From: Squalus acanthias
Taxonomy: Eukaryota
NCBI GenBank assembly: GCA_030390025.1
Contig: CM059433.1
Coordinates: 1,984,001-2,048,000 of the forward strand
Direction: 5' to 3'
Length of the DNA stretch: 64,000 nucleotides
Shown here: one piece after another, positions 11,974 through 23,748 of the stretch
How positions within the stretch are numbered: position 1 is the first letter of the stretch
Layout: every line of letters begins with the position of its first letter
Translations under genes and position numbers: made by a program
Notes under the pieces: model-generated
What the model was told of the DNA's origin: nothing
Database searches by the model: none
The model's input: only the letters and a program-made list of their open reading frames with translations

Positions 11974-13612
11974 GTGAATATCATTTTGTACCTTTTTCTG
12001 TACTGTAAATGTGTTCTTGTATAGTTGGTAAATGAACAGAAGTGATTCAAAAATATAACATTAAAAACCTTTGTTGAAATAAACTTGGGCAGCTGTGGAG
12101 CACCTTTCTAATATCTATCTTTGGATATCTATTGGATACACATCTGATACTGAATAGACACATTCCAAATTCATCACTGTCTCTGTGTGTGTGTATAACT
12201 GCTTCAGTTCAAATATTCTACTGTGTCTTTTCAGATTATAAACTATTAATCTGCATAAATGTGATCAGATAATGAAATATATTTTTGTGTGGGTGCGAGC
12301 ACAGAACTAAACTGCAAATATGCAGAGTGTGCACAACAGAAATCCCACTGTGACAGCGCACTTATTGTTCCAAGACTTGGAACTGTAATGTACTGCTGAT
12401 GGAATCTTGCTAATAGTGTGTTTCAATTTACAAATACTGGAAATATACAGTAGGGTAGTCAGCATCTGTAAAGAGAAAAGACAGGTTCTAATCTTTTTGC
12501 TGTGTGTGTGTGTGTCATTGAACTTTTATCGATTGAACCTTTTAGTTGAATAAAAAGATGGCAACAGATTGATTTGTAAAATTAATTAGGGGGCCTCATT
12601 CAAAGATTTAGCTTTGGTTTGGTCAGAAAGCATACACAATAACACATTTATGAAAAGCAAACAATACGAATCAGTATTCAGATAAAACATTTCAAACATA
12701 CCATTAATGGATTTCGACAGCAAGTTAATTTGATGACCGCAGGCAAAATGAACAAATCTAAGTAGTGCACAGAAGTATAATCAGTACATAACAGAGTAAA
12801 TACAGAATCCAGGCAGGTTTGTGTGTATGTTTTTAAAGCTTGGATTATGTGGAGCCTAGATTTTCTTCTACAGTTCTTGTAACTTAGTCACCCTCTTAAA
12901 GGATTACTCCAAACTGCCTGCGGAAAATCTAAATATGTTGCTCCTAATTAAATTGAGTCAGCCAAGTTCTTTATATTAAAAAAAGACAAATTCTTATTGG
13001 GTAAATCCTGCTTCGGATTGAAATTGCAGTCGGGTCCTGATGACGTCAGAAGAGTAGGTTAATATCTGAACCTGCTGGGAGGGCAGCGAGATCGATGAGT
13101 TGGTCCCTGCCCTTGTTTCAGTTTCTGCTAGATTGGTGGGGGGTGGTGGTGGGAGTTAAAATGTCATGAAATTATACAGCTACTATAATCCGATACAGAT
13201 TATTTTGGAAATAAATTTAGCATTAATTATGTCACAAACATTGATCTTTTAATGTAAACCCCCTCAAACAGCAACAGAGCCAGAATGCTTCAGCTGTTAA
13301 AGATGGCACTGACAGCCATTAGCAGTACAGAAATTGAATAGAGCACCACTGCCGCCTTCATTCTCCCCCCGGCATATACACACACTGAAGAAAAGTTTGT
13401 GGGATATAAAATTATCTTTTGAAAATACTGTGAAGTTTCAAACTTGTCATTTGATACAAGGGTTGTTCTCATTATGTCACCTCAAGGACAAGTTTGATTG
13501 ACAAAATCTGAGTTTTATCTTGTGGAGCCAGCTTTTGTGTAGGTGCATGATATGTAGTTCTTCATGGACTGCTGACTTTATATTTTAAGGATACTTGCTC
13601 TCCAGACAAATA

Positions 13613-14184
13613 GAACATCGAGTCATAACGGCACAGAAGGAGGCCATTCAGCCCATCGAGTCCGTGCCAGCTCTCTGTAGAGCAATCCAGTCAGTCTCAT
13701 TCCCCCGCTCTATCCCCGTAGCACTGCAAGTTTATTTCCCTCAAGTGCCTATCCAGTCTCCCCTTGAAAACATGGAGTGTCTCCGCTTCCACCACTTCCG
13801 TCGGCAACAAGTTCCAGGTCATCACCACTCGCTGCGTAAAAAAGTTTTTCCTCACATCCCCCCTGTATCTCTTGCCCAAAACCTTAAATCTGTGTCCCCT
13901 AGTCCTTGTACCATCAACTAGTGGGAACAGCCTTTCCCTGTCTAGCCTATCCAAACCCGTCATAATGTTGTACAGCTCTATCAAATCACCCCTCAACCTC
14001 CTTTGCTCTAATGAAAACAACTCCAGCTTCTCCAACCTGTCCTTGTAGCTAAGATCCCCCATCCCTGGAACCATTCTGGTAAATCTCCTCTGCACCCTTT
14101 CAAGGGCCTTCACATCCTTCCTAAAGTGTGGTGACCAGAACTGGATGCAATACTCCAATTGTGGCCTAACCAGCGCTTTATAAA
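13613..14184 (-). mobile_element. CR1 LINE 3' fragment (ORF2 C-terminus and 3'UTR)
   Basis: ORF 13697-14194: YKALVRPQLEYCIQFWSP...RTRGH...FFTQRVV...WN. Same subfamily as 48662-49628. Confidence 0.92.
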
Positions 14185-14379
14185 CATGATGCACTAATCA
14201 AACCAGTATTGATATAATAGCATTTGTTTTTAATTAACACATGCATTGGCTAAAATGGTTATTTGAACAAATGAAGGTTTTCTAGTCCCACTTCTAGTTA
14301 ACTGTGCTGATTGTCTTGTACATTGATGCTACTTTGAATGAAAAGCAATTCCAGAATGTGTTGTCTTGCAACTATGATT

Positions 14380-15540
14380 CTACCTCTATCACCACTCCCT
14401 GTTCAAAGCCCTCCACTCGGTCATCCAATAAATCCACAACGCCAAAGCTGCGCTAATCAAAATCACCAATGGCACCTTATGCGACTGCCTACAGTTGTCT
14501 TTCCCTGCTGCTGTCAACGTTTGTTGATCACTCCACTTTCCATGAACGTTTCTCTCTGCAGTCTGCTTCTGTGGCATTGATCTCTTCGGGTGCCATTGCT
14601 ACCTGTTTATGGAGTTTGTGTGTAGTGCGGTATGTATAGTGTATGATCTTGGCTGGCTTTCATGTACAGGAAACTCTTTATTAACCGGCACCCAAATATC
14701 CGGAAATCTCTCTTAACCGGCAAAATTCTTGAGTAGGTAACCGGGGTTTTCCTTCATCTCTCGTTTAAGATTAACTTTAAAAAAAACCCCGAGGCGTTTG
14801 CCTTGTATCGGAGCGTGTAGATTGGGAGGGGAATGTGCAGCCCGGGTAGGCAGCGGACACGACAGATGGTCAGCTGGCGGTCCCCGGGGAGACGGAGCTC
14901 CGAATGCAGGCGCATGTCAATGTGTACGGGGCTCTTGTACGTTGGTAGATATAACTCTCCGTTATCCGGACTTTTTGATAAACCGGCACCACGCCGGTCC
15001 TGTCGGTGCCGGTTAATAAAGAGTTTCCTGTATTTTGCTGTGAGTGGTAATATTTGAGGGTCTGTCTCCATATCTCTAACAGATGGTTTAGGTCCCATTC
15101 CCAGGCTTTCTGTCCCATCTTTGGTTGTGGAGGTGGACATGTTGCTCAGGGTAGAGACGTGTCTGCAAGATGCTGTCAGGGTGAAGACCACTTTCTTTCA
15201 CCTCTGCAACATCACTTGCTTCCTCCCCTATCTCTCTCCCTCTGCTCCTGAAACACTAATCCATGCTTTTATCAGTTCCTGACCAGAATTCCCCAACGCA
15301 CCTTTTGTTGATCTTCCTGCTTCCACCCTTCATAAACCACTAATTATCCAGAATGCCACGTCAACGTTCTTGAGCTTACATCGGCGTTGTCATATCCTCG
15401 CCAAGCTCTACTGGCTTCCCGTGCCCAGAGAGTTGACTTTGACATTGCCACCCTCACCTTCCAATCCCTCCAGGGCCCCACCATTCTTCATGGGCTTAGT
15501 ATCCACTTGATATCCACTATCCTGTAAAACGCTCCATGAT
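14380..15540 (+). mobile_element. Old degraded L2-like LINE fragment, split by a MITE
   Basis: Remnants at 15190-15480 resembling FHL.NI...PETLIHAFISS...ASTLHK..IIQNA, similar to the L2 at 21437. Boundaries approximate. Confidence 0.45.
14667..15030. mobile_element. Tc1/mariner (Tigger/pogo-like) MITE, 364 bp
   Basis: Perfect 26-bp TIR CAGGAAACTCTTTATTAACCGGCACC with TA on both flanks. A near-identical copy lies at 46946-47308. Confidence 0.92.
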
Positions 15541-16326
15541 AATGAATAATAAAGAAATGCAAGTTCTACTTTTCTTAAAACATTTTTAAATATTCTTGGG
15601 TTTCTGTTAATGATTTAAAAAAAAGACAAACTAATTACCATATTCTGTGGGAGAAAAAATAATGTTTCAAAAGCAACTAAAATGAGCCCTGAGTAACTAA
15701 TGCAAGCCTAAAAGTATGTGTTGCTGAATTTACCTTCCTCTACAAACATTTGAATAGCTTTACAAGCAATAGCTAGGAAGGTTCAGAACAATATGTTAAT
15801 TTTTTTTCGGTGTAAGCTTTTTTGTACCTTCTACCTTTGCCAGTGAACTTCATTCTGTAAGTGATATTGCGCACTGCAAATTGTTCTCCAGCTGCTTCAT
15901 CACCTAGGATTATTGTTTTCCAGATTTTTTAATACATATTTACCTCAATCATTCATAGTGTTTTGCTATGCTCTATTTTTAATTCGTGTTTTTAAAAATG
16001 CTCCAAAAGCTTGCTAGCAAATAAAATTAAATAAATGATGAAGGTGCAATGTATGGTGAGTCCTCTTGTGTGTACAAATGTTTGGTTTACTTCACTTCTT
16101 TACAGTACATAGGCAAACCAAACATTTTGCCATAAATTTACATTAATTTGTGGTGGGGTATGGTTTTTTGGTGACACATTCCAATTAACGTCAGCTAAGC
16201 AAGCGAATGGATTAGCTTGCTGCCCCCAGCAATCTAAACCTATAAATTGGAGAGCTTGATTATGACGCAGTTGAAATGATGCAGTATCAGAAAACTGAAG
16301 CATCAAGATTGATAGCTGTATCTATT

Positions 16327-16762
16327 GAGTAAACTAGGCCTGTATTCTCTTGAATTCAGAAGAATGAGAGGGATCTCATTGAAGCATACAAAATTATTAC
16401 AGGGCTTGATAGGATGGATGCTGGGAGAATGTTTCTCTTAGCTGGGGAGTCTAGAACCAGGGGCCACAGCCTCAGGATAAAGGGTAGGCCATTCAGGACT
16501 GAGATGAGAAGAAATTTCTTCACACAGAGGGTGGTGAATCTTTGGAATTCTCTACCCCAGAGGGCTGTGGAGGCTCAGTCATTGGGTATATTCAAAACAG
16601 AAGTCGATAGATTTCTGACTAGTAAGGGCATCAAGGGATATGGCGATAGGGCCGATGAATGGAGTTGAGGCAGAAGATCAGCCATGATCTCATTGAATGG
16701 CGGAGCAGGCTCGAAGGGCCGAATGGCCCACTCCTGCTCCTATTTCTTATGTTCTTATGTTC
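16327..16762 (+). mobile_element. CR1 LINE 3' fragment
   Basis: ESRTRGHSLRIKGRPFRTEMRRNFFTQRVVNLWNSLP, then the 3'UTR and a (TTCTTATG)n tail. Confidence 0.92.
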
Positions 16763-17289
16763 TCTCTATAATAATGCGTCTCCAGATGTAACCTGCACTC
16801 CACTATTTAACCACCGAGTTTAGAGGGTGGGGTGGTGAATGTTAAATCAAATTTTACAGAGGATTTGAAAGCAGTTGTGATGGTAGGAGTCCCTCCTTAA
16901 AATCCAAGATCTGCTAAACTGATCAAAACTTATTAATGATCAAGAAAATGTCAATATACTATTCCTTGGCGATTTTAATAAATGAAAGAAAGAATATCCG
17001 TGCAATGTAACTGAATAAATTGACACTTCGTTCATGATGACATTATGCTACAGTTCATTAAACTTTGATTTGGTAGCGAATGCAGCTTTAAAGACCTCAT
17101 GAGAGTTACTATTGAATACTGCATTGAATAAAAATTCAATTTTGTTTGAAATGTAGCTGTAAAAACCATTTAAGAATGTATGATTGAACTAGGGAAAAGG
17201 TAGTTTGTTTTTTAAAGTACTCCTTTTTTCCCTATCTATGTGAAAGAAATTCTTTAATACTGTATTAAGAGTAGAATTTATAATGACAG

Positions 17290-17428
17290 GCTACTGCTGG
17301 TAGGGGGCTTTGAAACCAGTGAAGAAGAAGTCTCTAAAGCTACCAGTTATGGAATAACTGCCTGGCGGATTCTTTCTGGTGCACCATACTACAAGCAGGT
17401 CACCAACTATGAGGAGGATGTTGGTGCT
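17290..17428 (+). CDS. NBAS: NBAS coding exon 10
   Basis: tgacag|GCTACTG...GGTGCT|gtaagt; LLLVGGFETSEEEVSKATSYGITAWRILSGAPYYKQVTNYEEDVGA; 139 nt. Confidence 0.96.
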
Positions 17429-17950
17429 GTAAGTAGAAAATGTACTTTTTCCTACATGCTGACTTTTTTTTTTACACAAACATGTTGATTCATTGCAGTA
17501 ATAATCATCTGAAATAACTTTTAATTTTGTATCAGGATTTAAATGAACACTGCAATTATTTTAATTACCTGTAAATTTCAAAGGTTAAGAAAAGTGCTAC
17601 AGTTGGAGGAGCTGTTGATTCTTTTGCACGTTCATTCATTTAGAAGAACATAACTGCACCATGGAAGTGGAGTAAACGCAGCTGCTGAGAGAAGGTTCTT
17701 GCTCCCTCTTGCTGACATTGCAAGTGTCGAGCAACACAACCATATGCGGGATGGCAACCCCCGAGTTAGAGTGGAAAAGAGGAAATGGATTGATTGAGAA
17801 TGGGGAGGATAAAGAAAGGGGTTCTCAGCTTTGGGACCAAAGGGGAGAATTATACAGGCATTGAGTGGATAAGGAGGGATATAATTTGTCCTTTTTGAGC
17901 ATACATCATCTTCAAAATTGTGAAAAATTATCAGTGCCTTTTTAGGAGTG

Positions 17951-18075
17951 CAAAAGCAAAATACTGCGGATGCTGGAAATCTGAAATAAAAACAGAAAAT
18001 GCTGGAAATACTCAGCAGGTCAGGCAGCATCTGTGGAGAGAGAAACAGAGTTAACGTTTCAGGTCGATGACCCTT
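17951..18075 (-). mobile_element. Solo PLE terminal-repeat fragment
   Basis: CAAAAGCAAAATACTGCGGATGCTGGAAATCTG...GTTAACGTTTCAGGTCGATGACCCTT, the same repeat as at 1481. It is truncated just after hammerhead stem II. Confidence 0.85.
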
Positions 18076-18227
18076 TAGGAGTAGTTGATTTCTTGCACAA
18101 AAATATATTCTTTTAGAAAATTTGAATTTATATAGCCCCTGATCGTGTCTCAAACATCCAAAATTGCTTCATGTACAATGAATTACTTTTGAGGTGTAGT
18201 CAGTATTGCTATGTAGGCAAACACATT

Positions 18228-18904
18228 GTCCCGGACTTTACGGTATGAATAACAGTGAGGCTATCAGCGCTCAATGTTATTAAGGAGTAAATCGGACAGC
18301 AACTTCCGGCGTCCGCACATGCGCAAACCAGGAAGTTGCTGTCCGATTTGCCCTGCTCCTCCACAAGCATCGCTACACCAGTATCTCGCTGAGAGATTCG
18401 GCATTCAAACACATGAAAGGGCGTGAAGTTGCGGTACTTATCCACTTGATACTCACTGAACATGCCAGAAAAAATTGGGGCTTGTCCATTCAAGTGTAAG
18501 TGAATTTTTAACGGCGTGAAAAGTCTTAATTACTGTCAAACAACCTCTCTGGCACTGAATTTACTTTTTACAAGTGTGGAGTCTCATTCCTTCAGATTTT
18601 AATTATTGTTGGACATTTTTTTTAAATTATTTTTTGTCTCTTGTATCTCTCTCCATCCCATCTTTCTTGCCCTCTCTCTCTTTCTGTATACGATTTTACA
18701 TTGAATTAAATATTCTAACTTGCACTTCCTGGTTTAGAGTCTGCTGCTTACCCTGTTCACACAGGTCCCAGATCCCCTGCAGAGGGTGCCGCACTGTTTC
18801 AGACTCCCAATGACCATAAGTTGCCGCACAAAAGCCCACAAGCAGCTGTAAGCGTAATGAACAGTGAGCGCCATTCGTTCGCCACTGACCACAAAATCCG
18901 GGTC
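18228..18904. mobile_element. Harbinger-type MITE family A, inverted relative to the 11058 copy
   Basis: Termini GTCCCGGACTTTAC and ACAAAATCCGGGTC; internal homology to 11058-11813. Confidence 0.7.
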
Positions 18905-18929
18905 ATTAGAAAAATAATGGCAGCTACTT

Positions 18930-19260
18930 GGAGAGGATGTTTCCTCTTGTGGGAGAATCTAGAACTAGGGGTTACTGTTTAAAAATAAGGGGTCGCCCAT
19001 TTAAGACAGAGATGAGGAGAATTTTTTTCTCTGAGGGTCGTGAGCCTTTGGAACTCTCTTCCTCAGAGGGCGGTGGAAGCAGAGTCTTTGAATATTTTTA
19101 AGGCAGTGGTAGATAGATTCTTGGTAAGCAAGGGGGTGAAAGGTTATCGGGGGTAGGCGGGAATGTGGAGTAATCGGATCAGCCGTGATCTTATTGAATG
19201 GCGGAGCAGGCTCGAGGGGCCAAGTGGCCTACTCCCGCTCCTAATTCGTATGTTCGTATG
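18930..19260 (+). mobile_element. CR1 LINE 3' fragment
   Basis: ERMFPLVGESRTRG... then the 3'UTR with a (TTCGTATG)n tail. TSD TACTT at 18925-18929 and 19261-19265. Confidence 0.9.
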
Positions 19261-19506
19261 TACTTAATCTCAGTAATGGTGGAATGGACGACTCTGTATT
19301 GAGATTGTGTGTGCGTCTAAAAATAATGACCTGCATAGGTCTAAGAAAAGATCCAGGACATCATTTTTTTTAAACATTATACAATAATACATTATGTACA
19401 ATGCAGTTCTGTATTGCAAAAGCAAACTTTTTTCAAAATTTCGAAATCATAAAATCATGTTATTTAACGTCCGAATAATAACCTGTATCTTGTGTTTTGT
19501 TTTCAG

Positions 19507-19569
19507 TCACAAAGAGGTTTATTAAGGATGCTGAATTTTCGAGCCTTTTGGAAACAGGAACCAGAGCAG
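19507..19569 (+). CDS. NBAS: NBAS coding exon 11
   Basis: tttcag|TCACAA...GAGCAG|gtacga; SQRGLLRMLNFRAFWKQEPEQ versus human LGLLRMLSVKFYSRQGQEQ; 63 nt. Confidence 0.93.
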
Positions 19570-19774
19570 GTACGATTGTGTGAAAAAGTGATCATTTAGA
19601 CTGCTGAGTCAGGGAAATTCCAGTCTTCTTTACTGTCCTTTTTAAGATTTCAGCTCACAGTGGGAAAACAAGCCCTAATGTTGCAGTTAATGCTATTTTA
19701 CTTCTTAACTGTAAGATTAGTCCGATACTTCAAAATTAACAATAATTAAAAATAAAAAATGTAAACACTTATCC

Positions 19775-20142
19775 TTGCTTTATTTTCTCCATTTCACTCC
19801 TCTAACTCTCTCCCCACCACCGCTCTCTCTTTCACCCTTTCTCTTCTTTTCTTCCTGCCTTTTACCATCTGCTTTTCTCTTTCCCGCCTCACCCCTTTTC
19901 TCTCTCGCTTGTTCTCTCCTTCACCCATCGTGTACATGTGCGCACTCTCGTTTCTCCTTCACTCTTCTTTCTCTTTCCCTCCCCTCATCCTTTTGCCTTT
20001 TCTCTCTTTCTTGCCCTTATTCTCTTGCCCTGTCCCATTTTCTCACCCTGCCCTGTTTTCCATTCCCACCCTGTTTTCTCTCTCACCCTTTCAATCACTG
20101 ACTTTCTCTCGTCTTCAGCCTTTCCTTACTTCCACTTTTACT
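19775..20142 (+). repeat. Pyrimidine-rich low-complexity tract
   Basis: About 370 nt, strongly C/T-biased on the + strand. Confidence 0.8.
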
Positions 20143-20471
20143 TAATGTTTAACCTATTCTATTTTAACTACTGTATATCTTTCTAAAAAATAAAAGCTTC
20201 AAAATACAGTTTCCTTCGGCCTACCCAGCTCTTCCATTTAGTTTTGAGATGAGACCAACACTGGAAAAATTCATATAAAATTAAAACCTACAAAACATTA
20301 TATCCATAATTGTTCAATTAACTACCTATCCTTTAAAATCTATTTTTTCTTACTGAAGATACTGTATTAAAATTCCAGGGTGTGGGTTAAGGATAAGGAA
20401 TTCTGTGCCTAGGCCCCACTAAAGGTAAGGAGGGGAGGGGTGGTGGGGGGAGGGCGGGAAGAGGCCTTAAT

Positions 20472-20712
20472 GTTGACCAGGACATTGGGAGAACTGCCCT
20501 GCTCTTTGAATAGTGGCATAGGATCCTTTATGTCTACCTGAAGAGGCAGACTAGGTTTTATGTCTTGCCCAATTGACGGCACATCCAATGATGAAACGTT
20601 CCTTCACTACTGTACTTTAAGTGTCAGCCTAGATTATGTACCCAAGTCTCGGAGTGGGGCTTGAACCCACAACCTGACTCTGAGGTGAAAGTGCTTCTCT
20701 AGAGCCAAGCTG
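20472..20712 (-). mobile_element. Degraded SacSINE1-like DeuSINE, 5' part
   Basis: Minus strand has a tRNA-like head with B-box GGGTTCAAGCCCC and a Deu-like segment GGATCCTATGCCACTATTCAAAGAGCAGGGCAGTTCTCCCAATGTCCTGGTCAA. Confidence 0.65.
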
Positions 20713-20985
20713 CCACTTCATAATCTGCTCTTGTACATTTCTGGCATATCTTTGAGTCATTTTTCACAGAAGGCTTGCAAAGCAAATTTACATTTCGCAC
20801 CTTTTTAATTAGATGGTAGGTATCCTGTACCAATACTGTGTTGTCAGAAGTTGGAATAAGAATGATTCAGAGTCCATTATTTTCTTCTTCAGTGTTGGTA
20901 TCTTGATTCTAATCTCATTTGCTATTAACACAGTTATATTCGACTTGCTGTAATTCATCTTTAGAGCTGGACTCGTCAGGCAACT

Positions 20986-21141
20986 TACAACAATAATAAC
21001 TTGCATTTATATAGCGCCTTTAACATAGTAAAATGTCCCAAGGCGCTTCACAAGAATTTGACACTGAGCCACATAAGGAGATATTAGGACAGGAGACCAA
21101 AAGCTTGGTCAAAGAGTAGTTTTTAAGGAGCGTCTTAAAGA

Positions 21142-21175
<34 letters not shown>
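20986..21175 (-). mobile_element. L2 LINE 3' end with an expanded (GA)n microsatellite
   Basis: Reverse complement of the L2 tail (AACTTGCATTTATATAGCGCCTTTAAC...GTCCCAAGGCGCTTCACA), homologous to 22030-22200. (GA)n at ~21145-21172. Confidence 0.8.
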
Positions 21176-21177
<2 letters not shown>

Positions 21178-21436
21178 AATAGAATGTGGCACAAAGGCAA
21201 GCTTTTTGTGCAGTATATCCAGCATTGCAAGTTGGATTGAATGCTCATAACAAAGTTGTTATTTTATAAGTTAGTATCATACTGCAATCACTTGTGATGC
21301 GCGCACGTTATTCGACAGTGAGAAACTGGGATTTCAGCTTCTAGCAGCTGTATATATTTTTCAGCTAGCAGAGAAGTATGAACTCGAATCAGCCCAAAGC
21401 TGCAAAACGTCTTGCCTGTTCTGTGGACATTTATAT

Positions 21437-22201
21437 CCACAAACTCCGTTCCCTAGCCACTGACTCCATCCCTCTCTCTAACATCTATCTGAGGCTGAAC
21501 CACACTGTTCGCAACCTTGGTGTAATATTTGACCCTGAAATGAGCTTCCAACCACACATCCGCAACATAACTAAGACCACCTATTTCCACCTCCGTAACA
21601 TCGCCCGTCTCCGCCCTTGCCTCAGCTCATCCGCTGCTAAAACCCTCATCCATGCCTTTGTTACCTCTAGGCTTGACTATTCCAACGCACTCCTGGCTGG
21701 TCTCCCACATTCCACCCTATGTAAACTTGAGGTGATCCAAAACTCGGCTGCCCGTGTCCTAACTCTCTCCAAGTCCCGTTCACCCATCATTACATTGGCT
21801 CCCGGTTAAGCAACATCTCGCTTTTAAAATTCTCATCCTTGTTTTCAAATCCTTCCATGGCCTCGCCCCTCCCTATCTCTGTAATCTCCTCCAGCCCCAT
21901 AACCCCCCCCCCCCCCCCGAGGTATCTGCGCTCCTCTAATTCTGCCCTCTTGAACACCCCTGATTATAATCGTTCAACCATTGGTGGCCCTAAGCTCTGA
22001 AATTCCCTCCCTCTCCGCCTCGCTACCTCTCTCTCCTCCTTTAAGACGCTCCTTAAAACCTACCTCTTTGACCAAGCTTTTTGTCACCTGCCCTAATTTC
22101 TCCTTATGTGGCTCGGTGTCAAATTTTTTGCCTTTATAATACTCCTGTGAAGCACCTTGGGACATTTTACTACGTTAAAGACGCTATATAAATTCAAGTT
22201 G
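21437..22201 (+). mobile_element. L2 LINE 3' fragment
   Basis: VRNLGVIFDPEMSF...FHLRNIARLRPCLS...LIHAFVTSRLDYSNALLAGLP...LEVIQNSAAR, then a 3'UTR ending GACGCTATATAAATTCAAGTTG. Confidence 0.92.
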
Positions 22202-22544
22202 AGTAAACTTCGTTCTTCATGCACCAGTTTTACAATCAAAATCACAGAATTTTTAGACTGTGTTTGCTGGAATTTCAGAGGTTGTTAACATTCCTGAGAT
22301 ACTTTTACTATCTCTATCTTGATCAGTCTGCTCCAGCTCTGCCACTTCAGTTTTCTACAGAAATTAGTCTGGATTCTGTTTATAACCTGCACTTGGCAAA
22401 CTGTTGTCCTTCTCTTGCTGGAAGCCAACCCCACAGCCAGAGGGCAGTGCACACCACATTACAGTCAATGGATACCATTCACTGGATTAAGCAAGCATGG
22501 TATCAAGTGAGAGACCATCATTCAGTCCTTCCCTGATTCGGGAC

Positions 22545-22660
22545 TCTCAGGTGAAGAAGGAGCAGCCGCTCCGAAAGCTTGTGATTTCAAATAAAGCTGT
22601 TGGACTATAACCTGGTGTTGTGCGACTTCTCACTTTTGTCCACCCCATCTCCACATCATA
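22545..22660 (+). mobile_element. Terminal-repeat fragment of a second PLE family, with a mutated hammerhead motif
   Basis: gTGAAGA-A-GGAGC-AGCC-GCTCC-GAAA-GCT-T-GTG followed by ATTTCAAATAAAGCTGTTGGACTATAACCTGGTGTTGTG, a PLE-type terminus. Confidence 0.6.
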
Positions 22661-23022
22661 AACAAAATAATGTTAGTGTAATTTTTTTAATAAAACGGTG
22701 CCTTTTCACACACTGCCTGTTTATTGTGACCACGTGTAAATTATGGGAAATTGGGCAGGTCCTTTTGTTGACCACAATAGACAGTCTTGACTTGTATTAT
22801 ATTTTTCTAATTAACTTGTGGATCACCTGTGGTGTTGTCAAAATTGAGCTCCAGTTTGCTCTTCTGACTTGGAAAAGAAGTTTAATAAAACTAATGTTGG
22901 TATTGAGGCTATACTAATACAAATGTAATCCGAAGATGAGCATTATTGAAAGTATTTTCCTTGTGTGGTATGTTATGGCAATATTGTTCACCATTGGTTG
23001 CCTCTCGTGCCCTGTTTTGCAG

Positions 23023-23151
23023 GATGGAGTTTTCAAGATGAGTTTGTCTCCTGATGGAACACTCCTGGCAGTCATCCATTTCTCTGGAAAATTGACTTTA
23101 TGGGAGATTCCTTCCTTGAGGCCACAGAAAGAATGGAAACAGGATATACAG
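23023..23151 (+). CDS. NBAS: NBAS coding exon 12
   Basis: ttgcag|GATGGA...ATACAG|gtaaaa; DGVFKMSLSPDGTLLAVIHFSGKLTLWEIPSLRPQKEWKQDIQ; 129 nt. Confidence 0.97.
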
Positions 23152-23748
23152 GTAAAACTTACATTTTCTTACTTTTCAATACAGAGAAAAACGAAATGTG
23201 TTGCTTTTAGCCAAAACAAGACAGACAAACTTGGGCGTTCATGTGTGAAAAGAATTGTTCTAGGATAATAGACTGTGCGTTCACTTTTACATTTCACATA
23301 CAAAGCTGTGTTTTCAGGTATTGGAGATGCTCTATGAAGTTCTCATTATGGACAGTTAAGTAAGAGTGGGGCACTGTGGACATGAGTTAGGCTGGAGCCA
23401 ACTATGTACAATGGTCTATCTGTCTGTCTAAAAACAGTACATTTGCACATATTTCTTGATCATCACACTTCAAGTATCATACCCAAGAACAAATATGAAG
23501 AAACAAAGCTAGTCATTTGTAATATACAGTGAATATTGCCTGTAACAGAGAATACTGGTGCCAGAATATCTGTAGCCTCATAACTGACTTTATTGATCAC
23601 ATTTTGAAAGAACACAAAGTCAGTTTTCTGACCAGCAGCCTGTAATAGCAATTAAATACTTAATCAGCTCACTGCGTTTACTTAACACAAATTAGATTTT
23701 ATGATCTTAAATCGACGCAGTTTCACCTTATCAAGAGAATAATACAAT

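Noticed and set aside
14754..15191. Duplicated small ORFs (also at 47077-47511) suggesting a paralogous gene
   Set aside because: Both come from the same non-coding MITE.
19775..20186. Hydrophobic Leu/Ser/Phe-rich ORFs resembling membrane peptides
   Set aside because: Artefact of the pyrimidine-rich tract.
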